From Trichinella spiralis (Eukaryota), in NCBI RefSeq assembly GCF_000181795.1, contig NW_003526943.1:4243228-4307227 (forward strand): DNA of 64,000 nucleotides, in the 5' to 3' direction. The position numbers and the translations under genes are program-made. Shown in pieces: positions 1-12,569 of the stretch (its first letter is position 1; each line of letters starts with the position of its first letter). The notes below the pieces were generated by a model. It did no database searches and was not told the origin of the DNA. It saw nothing but the letters and a program-made list of their open reading frames with translations.

Positions 1-3000
1 AGCGCGAGAATAACGCAAAATGCGAGTAAATACGTAATGCATGAAGTAAATACTATAGTCGCAATATTTTTTAAAAAAGATGCGCCGGACACACTTCTGA
101 CAATAATTTTGACTATTAATCACTCAATCAAACGAATAAAAAAATAAATATGGAATAAATATTTAGCATGAAAATTAGTAGACGCGGTCCGTGATATTAT
201 TTACTGCAGCTTTCAGACGATTGCGTAAAATTATAAAGCATCGACGAATGTATGAACAGAAATGGCAAGTCGCCGGAACGCACATACCCCGGCTATTGAA
301 GGCCGACTGCACAAGTGAAAGTTGCTTATTTTATAAAATTATGAAAACAAACCAATCTTTACATTTTATAAAGAAAGATGAAAAGCTTTTTCTGAAAGAA
401 ACTACTTTCAAATTATTGAGCTTGTGTTGAAAATGACGCCCCAGCGGTAGATTTATGATTCAGCGGAAAAGTAGCAAACAAGATTTGAAGATGTCAACTT
501 TTTGAGTTTTATTAGCCTGGATGCAAAAACAGAAAGCTTGATTTTGTTGACGTTGTTGGGTGTGTTTTGCGAGTGGATGCGCGATTTTATGGAAGAAAGA
601 AATTGTCGAGATCCACTGCCGTTGAACAGTTATGAACAGTGGACGGATGGTCGGTCAGATGGATAGAGATAATCGCCGCTCCAGCGAACTATGCACAGTT
701 TCACCGCGAATCTGACAAAGCAGGCGGAAATATGGCTCGTTGAGGCAATCATGCAATTAAAAAAATTTTTCCAAAATTTTTACATCGTGCAAAAAGCTGT
801 GTGCATGCGTGCGCTTGATGTCAAACTTACCACGAATTCTTGGAAAATTGGCTTCAAAATCAGGGGAAAATGTACACTTCGGACTTGACTGAGAAAGCGA
901 CAGACGTTGGATTCGTTTTTGCACGTTTTACGCTTGAATGTGATCAAAGCAGTCGGACTTGATTCAGCCAACCAATCGCAGAGGTACCGTATCTAACATG
1001 GAACAGAGTGACATTCTTCATTATTGCCGCCGTTGATTGACTGCCGGTTGATCAACCTTGATTGAACACGATTTTACGGTTTGTCGGCCATAAACTACCG
1101 TACGCCGTCGGAGGTTTACTAATTGCATGCTCTGATGAAATGGCATACTGTATGCTGCAGCGCAGTTTTGCCATGTTCTCTGAGGAACCCCGTTGCCCAG
1201 TTCGCATTAGCGTAATGGACTTTGCCATTCTTTAACTCTTCATTTTATGAATAGGGTTTTAATCACGCGGTCGTGAGCACGTCAGTGTTGAACGGCTTGC
1301 ACAGGTGAAAGCCTGACCAGGATGTGTCGCTTAAAATCGAATTCAAACCCGGCAGGGTCGGCAAAAGTTGCTCACGCCTCAGCGCCCAAATACGCCTTGG
1401 GAGGTATCTTTTGTTGGATCTGTAAACAATTCAATTGCTCGGGCAACTCTAAAATTTATATTCAAAAAGTAAAAACAAATGTTTACCAACATTATTGCTG
1501 ATTTACAATAATCTGAACCAAAAATTCAACTGAAATTCATATTGAAACCAAAAATAAGTTGATAATTCTAATAATTTTATTATTCTCAATACTTGTCTCA
1601 TTCATCATTTATTTTTTGAGCATTCATTGAATTGGTCTGACATTATTAACGCATATCCCTTTTTTAAACTTTTTTTAAAACTCTTAAATTTATCATACAT
1701 GAAATTTATTAAACTTACTATTTTAAACCTTTTGTTATGTCATGCAAATTATGCATAGGTAGGCGATTGAGTAGCAATGGAATGCAAAGGCAAAGGCGTT
1801 ATTCTTCATATTAATTTTGATTTCAACTTTGCTCAGCATAATCATAGTATTAATGGCAGAAACCAGCAAATTCTATATTACACAAATGCATATATGTATA
1901 TAAGATTTGTGTGGATTTTCATCTTAAAACTAAATACAATTTTTGATAATTAATTTACCTAAAAAACAAAATTAGACAAAAATTATTTATTATAATTAAA
2001 AAATTCATTTAAAAAATTCTCTATGAAAAGAATATAAAATGTATTGTTACGGAAAGTTCCAAGCAATGAAACGGTTTCTACTGAAATTGGCTGCTTAATG
2101 AAAATTTGCAGCTTTGAAGTGCTAATTTTTAATTATCATTATTACCACTTTGCAAAATATGCATTATTAAATAATAAAATAATTCACGGTAAAATAGTGT
2201 TTGACTTGTTTGAAAAGGTGGCTTTATTAACGTAATGAAAAATTTACAATGACTGATAATAAAATGCATCAACAATTATTAATTAAAGTGTAATTGAAAA
2301 GAAGTGTTGAACACAGGCTGAAAGTTTCGCTTTTAATGTGTCCATCATTTTGCATAAAAAACAACTTGCCATGCATTATATCTTAATTACTGAGCAGCTT
2401 TTCCATAATATTAAAATTTATATCTTAATATTTTGCTCTCAAGTGAAAAATAGAATAAAAATTTTAAATTCGATGAAAAATTAATATTGAAATATATCAC
2501 TCTCGAAGTTAAAACTTTTTTATTACATATCTTTCGTTTCATCTTTATTTAATTGTTCTTTTTTCGAAATTCTATTCTGAAACTGCTTTGTTTTGTATAC
2601 TTTTTTGTAGATGATCTCAATTGGAAAAAAGGAATTTTCTTAAACTGTTTGAAATGCAGATTTTGGTAAATGTATATAAATATTTAGTTTGTTTGTTACT
2701 TCAATAAAATCAAATATTATTTGTTTAAAACGTTTTTATTGCATTATGTCAATATTTTATGATTAACATCTTGCAGGAATTATAAAGCAGCCTCAATATA
2801 AATTCAGTATTTAAATGTAAAAGTGGTAAGCATAGATCATTATTATTATGTTATAAATATGCGCCATTTTCCATATTTGCACATAATGCGAAATATTCAC
2901 TAATTATTGCAATAGATACTCTTCAGTTTATCACTTGTGAACTGCTATGAATTTTATTTCTAAAATTTTAATTTTACAAAAAAGTAAATGAATGAATATT

Positions 3001-4372
3001 GAGAAAAGCAAATAAATTGAAACAAACTTAAATATTACTAAATGCAAATAAGTGCAATTTAAGAAAAAAAAGTGGAAAAATAAAATTTTGCAACGACAAA
3101 TGTGTATACGTTTGAAATAATAATCTCAACTATTCTGAATCATATTTCAATAAATATAATTAATGCATTTCGTTACAAAATCTGTTATGCAATTAAAACT
3201 TATTGTTTATTCAATGTCTTTTCAAAATCTGCAAAAGTATTTAGTTAATTTTCTTATTATAGAACTTTTCTTCTTTTCACGAATACAATTCTTGGCTAAT
3301 TGATCAAAATTCTTAGTTTAGTTTAACAATGCTAATTTGCTTCAAATATATGTTGAACAATTTTCACTTTGACCAAGCCATTTGCAATTAGTCATTGCAT
3401 TTCCCATGAAGCAAATGAATATACAAGAAACAAATTTTAATAGTTCCAAACAATATATGAATTTTAAAATAACTCGTTTAAAAAACGACACCGTCTTTCT
3501 TACAAAAATATACCCAAAGTTGAATTTTCAATTTTTTCCAATTTATTAAACTTGCAAGACAAAAAAACATGTAAACCCTTATGGAAAGCTCAAATTTGCA
3601 TAATTTAAATATATTAAAAATAAATTTTAACAAAGTATCGCATTGCCTAGTGTCGAAATTTATGAGAAATAGTTTTCAGTTTTATTCAAAGGTGTGGATT
3701 TTTGCATAATGAAAAGAATGTTAACAAGCTAAAAGCGAATTTTAACAACAACTGTAGTAATCGATCCATTGGGAAGTAAAAAGGATCACATACAAATTGA
3801 ACCATCTCGCATCGTTGAACTGAGATTGGCTGAAAAGTGACTTCATTTTCCACTAAGCTGCATAATCTATAACCTTTGATCGATATTCACCGAATCAAGA
3901 GGGCATATCGCTACCAATTTCCCTTTGTCCAAAGCTCAGCCATCCAATCTGGTCAACTTTGAACCAATGAAGAAAACATTCGCAATTTTTCGCTTCAACG
4001 CCCCACTTGATCTTCTTCAGAACTAAATGACAAGGTACAGAAGTTCGAGGCAAGATATGATTACGCCAAACAGTAATCAAATAATAAAATATAAACGCAT
4101 GACTAATAAATCTTGATTGTTTACCACCACATATCTAATGATTGCAATTTCACATCTATTCACTTAAATCAAATCTGTTTTATCATTCATTCAAAGACCG
4201 TTTTGTATTTCAGTCTTTTACTTCTTCATATATTTAATATATATGATTCTATTATATTTTCTGTTTTTTTGTTTCAATAATTGGATTTAATTGTCGCAAA
4301 AATCTAAATATTACCAAACGCAAAGAAAATTAATTATTAATTAAGCAAAGCCAAAATTGAAGAAAACAAAAA

Positions 4373-6369
4373 TCACATCGATGCATAAACTGCGACTCTA
4401 CCAAAAGTATCGCCATTTAACTGATCTATGAAAGCTTGAGGCAAATTTTCAAATCCCATATACCGTTGCTCTCTATATCGCATTGCACCCTAAAAATACT
4501 TATATCAAAATGATGAAATAAATAAAATGGAAATTCTATTTTTAAAAATCAACTGCGATATTATTTATTAACAAGTTATCCAAAATTTAACATAATAATC
4601 ATACTATAATTGGAAAATATAATAATGTGGCTACTGATTGTAAAACAGTGTAAACAATTGAATTCGCTTATTTGATTAAAGATTTATTTGCTCATGAAAA
4701 TAATTTCAATATAATATTTCGGAAAATGCTTATTTTCAAAAATCAATCATCGCATGCCGTTGAAAATATACCGAACAGAAAATTTTATTACAAAAAAATA
4801 ATAAAAATATTTTCAATACTTTGCAAAACAATTCCATCACTTTTGGTATTATGTCTGGCCATCGGCTCCTCAGCGCCAAAGCGGACAGAGGTCGTATGAT
4901 AAAGCCACGACGCTTTGCTAATCCATAATCGGCTCTCACACAACTGTCCTCTAAAACAATATATAAAAGCAAACATATCAAATAATATATTATGAAGTCT
5001 ATTTTTCAAAATTAATCTTTTCACTGTAATTATTGATTGTACAGTTGTGGTGAAAATTTTACTTTTCGATTTCGTCTCATTATAGTCACTGATTGTTCCA
5101 CATAAACACATACGACCGCCTTTCTTCATGCGTACCATCACTTTGTTCGCAAATTCCCCACCAACCTAGTTTGAAAAGTCACTAAAAAATTCCCAATTAC
5201 AATAAAAAATTATCAAAATTACGCTATCAAAAAATATATCCACTCCGTCAGGTACTATTTCATCTAACAGTTTGCCAACATCTACAGTTTTATAATTGTA
5301 CACAAATTTTGCATTTATAAAAGTTTTCAACCAATTCACTTTTTCATCCGAACCAACAAAAGCGATAAGCACGCATCTCTGAAAAATTCCACACCTGAAT
5401 CAATTTCATCGACAGAAAAATTAATAATCAAAAAATTTACGTAAAACATCGCCATTTGACAAACCAAATGACCTATACCTCCTGCGGCAGCATTGACAAC
5501 AACAATATTGCCAAGCTGTGGGTTACATCGTTCCACAAAGCCAACATAAGCGGCAATTCTGAAAACAACCACAATTCACTTATAACAAACGTGCACCAAT
5601 ACAATATACAAGTCAAAGCTTTTGTTTGACCATGACTCACCCTGACAATCCAAATGCACCGACACTTGCCGACAATGGAAGTGAATGCAGATCGCCGATG
5701 TGATAAGCTTTGCACTAAATGAAATAAATATTACTATGAAATTAAAATTATCAAACAATTTACAAGTGCTTCTTGACCATTAGTTACACAATCAGTACAC
5801 CATCCAAAATAACCAATAACAATAGAACCGACAGAAAAAGCTGCGTTTCTACTTTCAATTACTCTGAAAATATTAATTTTCATACTTCACGGACCAATGA
5901 AAAATGATGGAAGAAAAAAAACTAACTCTGCAACTTGGAGTGATTGCACTAATGGTTTCGAATTTAAATCTACATCCATCACTCTGAAATGAAATTATTT
6001 AATCAAATGCATCCCAAATGTATAACAAATACCTGGCAAATGGCTCTACACTCCATAACAAACCTTTACAACGAAATTCTAAAAAACAAAACAAAAAAGG
6101 TTAACATATATTTTTAAATTTTATCAAAATATTTTAATTTATATTATATAGTGTGATAACAAAAGTGAAGAATTGGTTTAATAAAATTCGTTCATATTAA
6201 CTGGAAAAACAAATATATAACAATGCAACAAAATACCTCCAGACTGAAGCTTCCGTAAAGGTTCCAAAGAAATGGCAAAATCTGATAATTTTGGACAACC
6301 ATCGAACGGTTTCATAACAATCCATCTCTGTGCTGTCACAGTTTTTGGAGTTTGTTCCTTCTTAGTCAT
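4373..6369 (-). CDS. PTGR1: Prostaglandin reductase 1 / LTB4 12-hydroxydehydrogenase-like MDR oxidoreductase, 10 coding exons
   Basis: GT-AG splicing gives MTKKEQ..RWIVMKPFDGCPKLSDF..EFRCKGLLWSVEPFAR..VIESRNAAFSVGSIVIGYFGW..GAFGLSGIAAYVGF..VVVNAAAGGIGHLVCQ..FVGSDEKVNWL..FVYNYKT..PDGVDIFFDSVGGEF..GGRMCLCGTISDYN..GFENLPQAFIDQLNGDTFGRVAVYASM*. This is the PTGR1 motif order. ATG at 6369, TGA at 4373-4375. Confidence 0.9.
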
Positions 6370-7038
6370 CTTTAAAACTGAAATATATTGCCAAATTGTA
6401 TCATCAAATCAGCTAGATTTGAAAACAAAAATTAAACCACGAGATAGTTATTAAACATCTGCAGAATTTAAAAGCACAAAATAACTTTGAATTCCTAAAA
6501 TGTCTCTTAAATATAGCTTAAATAAGTGTGGCAGTTAAAAAAGAAAAAGTAATTTAAATATACCACAAATACTTACATAACAATGCTGTTATTTCAAAAA
6601 TGTATTTGGAAATAATTTTTAAATATTAAATTACAAATATATTACGATATAAAGAACTTGAATACAAATATAAACATCCCACTAAACTACCGTAACAGAA
6701 TACTGTAATTCAACGAAGCAGGTTTGAATTTTCACACGTTGACTTATAATAAAATTGGATAAGATTCTTTTATAAAATTGAAAAATTATTTCATTCATAT
6801 ATGTTTATATCGTAATGTTGAATTAAACAAGTAATGTTCCGCTTGTTAAATAAAATAAGTTCATTCCAATAATAAATTATGATAAGCAAATAGTTTGACT
6901 AATTAACTGTTTGTGGCAAAGAATTAAAATTGTATGCTATTTTATCATGTAAATTTTTACACTATATATCTAATTTTTTTATATGAAAGATACCTTAAAA
7001 TATAATATTTGCTTGCAGATGAAATTGATTCATCAACA

Positions 7039-9007
7039 ATGAGAAAGTAAGCAAATGTCTTTGTGTCTACAGAAATCAGATCTGATTCATCTATCGCTTT
7101 TAACAAATTGTTTGCGTCACACTTGTAGAACATGCTATAAATTTTTTGGTTTTTGAGTTTAATGTCTATTTATCATTTTCATCATGTTTTTTATTTCATT
7201 TTTAATTTTAAAGTGTAAAATAATGAATAAATGATAACTGAGGGGATGGTTTTCCAAGGCACCATCCTCTAATCATTATTCATTGCTTGCTCCAACAATA
7301 TGAGAGACCGGGCAAATCGAGTGAATATTCCTTGGGCTGTTTCCACCTTTGATGATCGTACTGTCCCGTCATCACTCGAAAGGACTTCAGTAATTTAGCC
7401 CACTTTGTACTGGTTAGTGAACTAACACAATATTGCCTTCCATTGGATGTTCCTCTGTGTCATACCACTTTCTGCGTAAATTCAATATGATTCGTTTGCT
7501 TTTCAACCATTTTAAAATAATTAAAAAATTTTGTTTTTTATTATTGTTGAAAGTAATTTGAAAATACAATGAACTTAAAATGTGTTTCAAAAGAAATCGA
7601 ATGTTAATAAAATATACCTTAAAAGTCACAGTTGCATACTGTAAGATAATTATAAAATTTTTTTACATTTAGTAAAAAATATGCATTTTAATTCTAATAT
7701 TTATCGTCCTTTAAAATCAAGTGTAAATCAGTGATATTATCTTCTATGTTATCTCTTTAATAAATTTTTTATAGATATCTGATTATTAATTTCAGTTTTT
7801 TTCAGCTTTTGCACAAAGAACGATTTTACGCCGTAACATGAGAATTTACAGAGTACCGTTGCTGAGATTGATTGTTCCACTTCATTCACTTACTCGCGTA
7901 CTGATAACTTCAAATTTAACATGCTGCATAGTAAGCATTACGATTTTCAGATGTCACTTTGTTCTGAGGAAGCAACTTTTGGCGAAGCTGTTACAAATGA
8001 TTTTAAAAAATCAGTTTTGCAAGCGGCAATGCCGTTCGTTTCGAAATATGGATGGAGTACAAAAGCTGTTGCTGCTGGTATAAAGCAGCATCGTCTTAAC
8101 ACTATTATCACCGATATATTATTTTAGGTTTGGAGAAATTAAATTTATCAGCAGCTGCAGCGAACATTTTTGAAAGTCCATCTGCTGAATTAGTCCTGTA
8201 TTTCCATCGAATGTGCAATATGAATTTGCAGTCATTGTTAAAGCATATGCAAAAGACAATGTAGTGGAATTAACATTTAATTTTATGATGAACCATATTT
8301 TAAATTTAAGGGCTGAGCAACCAAACGAACTTTTCTTGCAAATGGCTTTAGAAGCTCGACTGGAAATGCTGAAGCCGTATCGAAGGCTGTGGGCAGAGGT
8401 GCGATACTTTTTCAGATTGTAAATGTTATTGGTTAAAACTTATAGGCCCTTCAGCAACTCATATCTCCAACTAAAGCGGCAGAAGCTTTGACTTTAACAT
8501 TTTCAATGTGTGACGACATTTTATACTATATGGGTGATCATTCTCTTGACGTATGTATACATCTGCATTATTCTGTCATTCAATGATGTTATTTTAGTTT
8601 TCCTGGTACACTAAACGAACGTCTCTTCTTATTTTGTACAACAGTGCTGAACTTTACATGTTGCAAGATTATTCAGATGATATTTCAGACACAAAAGCTT
8701 TTTTGAAAAGACGCTTGGATGATTTGCGATTTTGTAAAGAATCATTGGAAAAAGTAATTAATTATGAAATGTTTCGCATTCATTGTATACTTTAAAAAGT
8801 GTAATAATTGCATTACTGATAAATACAATTAATGATAATTTTAGATTGAACAAAAATTTTCCATGAGTCGTCAGTTGTTTAAATTCGGGAATGATATTGT
8901 AAGGCAAGAATTGAGGTGGTATTGCTTTTGAAATATTTTTAATTTAGGCAATGAATCTGATGGGCATGAATTCGACAAACCGACGATTGCAGCTGACAAA
9001 AATTTGA
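7039..9007 (+). CDS. COQ9: Ubiquinone biosynthesis protein COQ9 (N-terminal exons tentative)
   Basis: Exons 7951-8077, 8128-8260, 8311-8398, 8446-8550, 8598-8753, 8845-8898 and 8948-9007 give VLQAAMPFVSKYGWS..ALEARLEML..CDDILYYMGDHSLDFSWYTKR..YNSAELYMLQDYSDDISDTKAFLKRRLDD, the COQ9 signature. A possible start is ATG AGA AA|gtaag at 7039 plus a mini-exon at ~7796-7832; the alternative is the ATG at 7951. Confidence 0.9.
7241..7510 (-). mobile_element. Decayed Bel/Pao LTR-retrotransposon 3' end of pol (DUF5641-like) within the probable COQ9 intron 1
   Basis: The minus strand reads NLRRKWYDTEEHPMEGNIVLV, then after a frameshift KVG*ITEVLSSDDGTVRSSKVETAQGIFTRFARSLILLE. This matches the Bel/Pao C-terminal pattern KW..VGDIVLV..GRI.E...DG.VRS..V.T..G...R...L.LLE. 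A short inverted repeat follows at 7241-7270. Confidence 0.75.
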
Positions 9008-9395
9008 TTTCATAGAGCACTGGCATTGTTTTTCTGTTGTTGGCTTATTAAAGCAAAAAATTTTTTACGCATTGTCGACGATGAAAATTTTAAAATGATA
9101 AAAAATAAAATATGATAAATTAAATTGTTCGCATACATTGCTCAAATTAATGTGAATTTATGGTTGCGTCGTCAAAAGTTACTAAAATGTGCGAACATTT
9201 TTTTAAGCTTATTTAATGAATACAATGAGAAATTTTTAATTAACAAAGTGTAGTAAACATTATGCAAATAATTGTAGATAACAGCATTTTTATGATTACA
9301 GTCATTTGTAGTTATTTTTTTTTAGGAATATTTATCCTGATCATCATTTTCTGTTACTGTACCTTACCGCTTTTGTCCTGTCAACTGGTATTACG

Positions 9396-11247
9396 ATGGA
9401 TGAAGTAATTAGCGACGCCGCAGCTCCAGAACTTTCTGAAGTTGACGAAACACTGTCTACAGGTTCAGAATTATCTGACGATTTGAATTTAAATTCGAAT
9501 TCAGGTAATGTTCCGTGTTACTTGTCGTTGTTGCAGAATGTTGTTTTAGAAGGGAAAAAAGTTGAATCAGATGAATGTAATGGAAAGGAAGCGATACAGG
9601 AAAAACTGATTACTATTCTGGTATCTTACTGTGGTCAGAAACATGAAATTTCCATGCCTGCGTCTTCTACGTTAAGCCAATTCAAGGAGAAAGTTGAAGA
9701 ACTAACTGGTAAGAATTTCATTTCGAATAATTGTACTGCGAAAAATTGAATTTTTATTTTAATATTTTATTTAAATAATGTAAGAATTTTAAAATTAATT
9801 ATGTAAAAGTTTTGATTTACAGAAAATTAAAATATTCTTATGCTGATCTTACTTTTGCTTACGATAGTGTAAGAAAAATATCTCAGAGTAAATACTTCCT
9901 TCTTTCATTTAAGTTAACTTACAGTTTCATATTTTAAATTTTTAAAATAAGTTAATCTTTTTCTAAATTAGCGAAATCAGTTATGATACTTATGATTTTA
10001 TTTATAGATGTGCCTCCTGAATTGCAAAAATTAACATACAGACCTTTAATGATGGACTCAGAGATGACTTTGGAGTCTTGTGGTGTGACGAACGGAACGA
10101 AATGCTTATTAATCGGAAACAAACGGGAGGACATTGAACAGATCAAATCATTGACAGCTGAAAATGTTGTGGTAAAGGAAGAAGCTTCCAGTAAGTTTAA
10201 TTGATAAAATTTTGGATAGCATATTCGAATACTTTATTTTTAACATAGAATGGTGTATTATACTTGTTTCATTGATTAAGTCAAATTTTAAGCCAATTAG
10301 AAAACAGTTAACGCACGCATATTAACAAAACAGATGGCTGAATGGCAACTGTAACACAGCAGTAGCCTGTTTTTTTTAACTGTAAGATTTTATACTATAA
10401 CATGGCTATCACTATTTAAACTGTTTCTCCGTTAATAAAATGTGAATAATACGCAGCTGCATTTTCATACATTTTATTTCTTGAATATTGTTATGATGAG
10501 AATTGTCGATAATAATGAAAAATTTCTTTTATCTTTATTTACTTTTTGTTTATATTTAGAGCAAGCGCCGGTTCCGTTGTGCCAGCAAGAGGTAATTGCA
10601 TTTCATAAAACACGTGGTGCATGTGATTCATCTACGTTTTTCAGATGCATAAATCAGTGTTGGCTAAAGGCAAGCCAAATTCTGCCATGATTGGTATAAG
10701 AAATGTTCAGGTAATATTTAATGTTTTGGCTTTAAATTGTTAAATATTAGTTTTGTTAGCTAATCTAAAATTGAAAATGAATTTTATTTTCTTCGTATTC
10801 ATAAACCACTAATTGCATTGAAAATTTTTTTCTAATCAATAAATGATTTAAGGATCCTCTACCTCCTTTTCCAATCATCGGAATGACCACTAAAGGAGGA
10901 GCACTTGCTAGAATGGTTTTCAAACTAGAACTTGATCAAGTGTGGATTACTACAAAAGGTAAGTTTAAATATACATTCAAAAGAGAAGCTTCACATTGTT
11001 TACTTTAGAGCGAACTAATAAAATACCAATGAATCAAATTCGGAATATTGTTAACGAGAAGATCGACGGATACGAGGAGTATCACATAATGGTATATTTG
11101 TGTAACTGATAGAAAGATCATGCAACAGTTTTATTTTTAAAAATTTAGGGACTGCAGCTCGGCACGACAGAAAATTCTCGTATCTGGCTCTATTGGGTTC
11201 CGGCGCAGTTTGTTGACGCAATTCGAAACGCTATTCTTGGTCCTTGA
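9396..11247 (+). CDS. UBFD1: Ubiquitin domain-containing protein UBFD1 (Ubl domain + PH-like C-terminal domain), 7 exons
   Basis: Exons 9396-9708, 10008-10190, 10560-10591, 10645-10710, 10853-10958, 11009-11091 and 11149-11247. The Ubl part reads TLSQFKEKVEELTDVPPELQKL. It is followed by HKSVLAKGKP..DPLP..FKLELDQVWITTKERT..YHIMGLQLGTTENSRIWLYWVPAQFVDAIRNAILGP*. Confidence 0.92.
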
Positions 11248-12569
11248 TTTTTCAATGAAATTGACAATGAATGAAAGACTAATTAAGATTAAATTTATTT
11301 ATTATGAAGTAGAGCATAATATACATGTCGTTTCTTTTAACAGCAGCTTCTGAGCGAAAGAAGTAAAGGAATAAAAAAATTTTGAACTGGAGTAAATGTG
11401 AATTATGCTGTGATAGTAAACAAAGTCAAACAATAACAACTTTTATTTTACACAAAAATAAAAAACCAAAAATGAATTTCAGAAAACTGTTTAATGTAAA
11501 ACCTACGCATTACGGTGGATGTACCGTACGTAACTTTACTGTAATTCCTTTCGACTGCACTTGCTTGTCACTTTGTAGTTTCCTACAAAAAATAAAGTAA
11601 TTCATTCAGAAATCACAAATTTACCGTCATTTTAATGTCGACACGAAAACAACATGATCTATATTTATCTTCTCACCCACGCGAACTTAAAAACAAAGCA
11701 TAACGAAAAAGCAGTAGAAAATAAATGTACTTTCTGATATAACTCTGAGACTATTGTATTTTAAGTAAATTAGCTAAAAGTGTCATTTCTTTCCATTCCT
11801 TATTAAAGTAACTGTATTCATAGAAATCAATTCGAATTAGTACAATACCAAATCACTCAAACTGAAAAAAGACCATAACTATGCCAAATGCTGAAAAGTA
11901 AAAATTTACGTAAAATCTTAATGCATCTTAAAAATATTCAATTCCATGGTAAAATTACCTTACTTGAAACAGCTAGCTAGCTTCATGCGCAAGATCATCG
12001 AATACGAAGCTAAAATTAACGTAATATGAGAATGGCGAATTTTTGAAAAAGTAAGCAACATATTTTATATGCTTTTCAGAAAATCATTTTCAACACTAAA
12101 ATTTCTGACATATGCTTGTACGACATCATTTAGAAAATTTCAAAACAAGGTAAAAAAAATTAAACCAACATACTTGTGAAGCTGCTGCTCAACGCGTTTC
12201 TTAAAGATGAAAAAAGAATAGAACCAGATGAAACCTAAATAGTAAACAGAATAACTAAATACTGAATTTTCGTATTCTGTCATTAGCAAAATACTTCAAA
12301 ATACAAATTTCATTGGTATGGAGGAAATATAATCATACACAATTCAAATCATAAAAATAAATTTACAATAAAATTAATATGAGACAATTAATGCAGGTAA
12401 GAAACAACAAATAATAATCCTAACTAATGTTTTAATGATTCATTACTCTTATTAAGAAATATAAACTAAGGCACATTATTACTTAATTACCGCATACACT
12501 CACAACCTGACTAAAAATGACACTCACCAATTTAACAGAGTCCAAATCATCATTGGTAATAATCATAAA

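Noticed and set aside
191..2235. Short ORF-track ORFs (63-79 aa) at the left end
   Set aside because: No recognisable motifs or consistent exon chain; expected by chance.
9505..9536. gtaatg..ttgcag intron-like segment inside UBFD1 exon 1
   Set aside because: Only 32 nt, and removing it would shift the frame; the unspliced frame is open.
10322..10380. Imperfect hairpin in UBFD1 intron 2 as a possible snoRNA or miRNA
   Set aside because: Bulged, AU-rich stem with no convincing C/D boxes or two-hairpin H/ACA layout.
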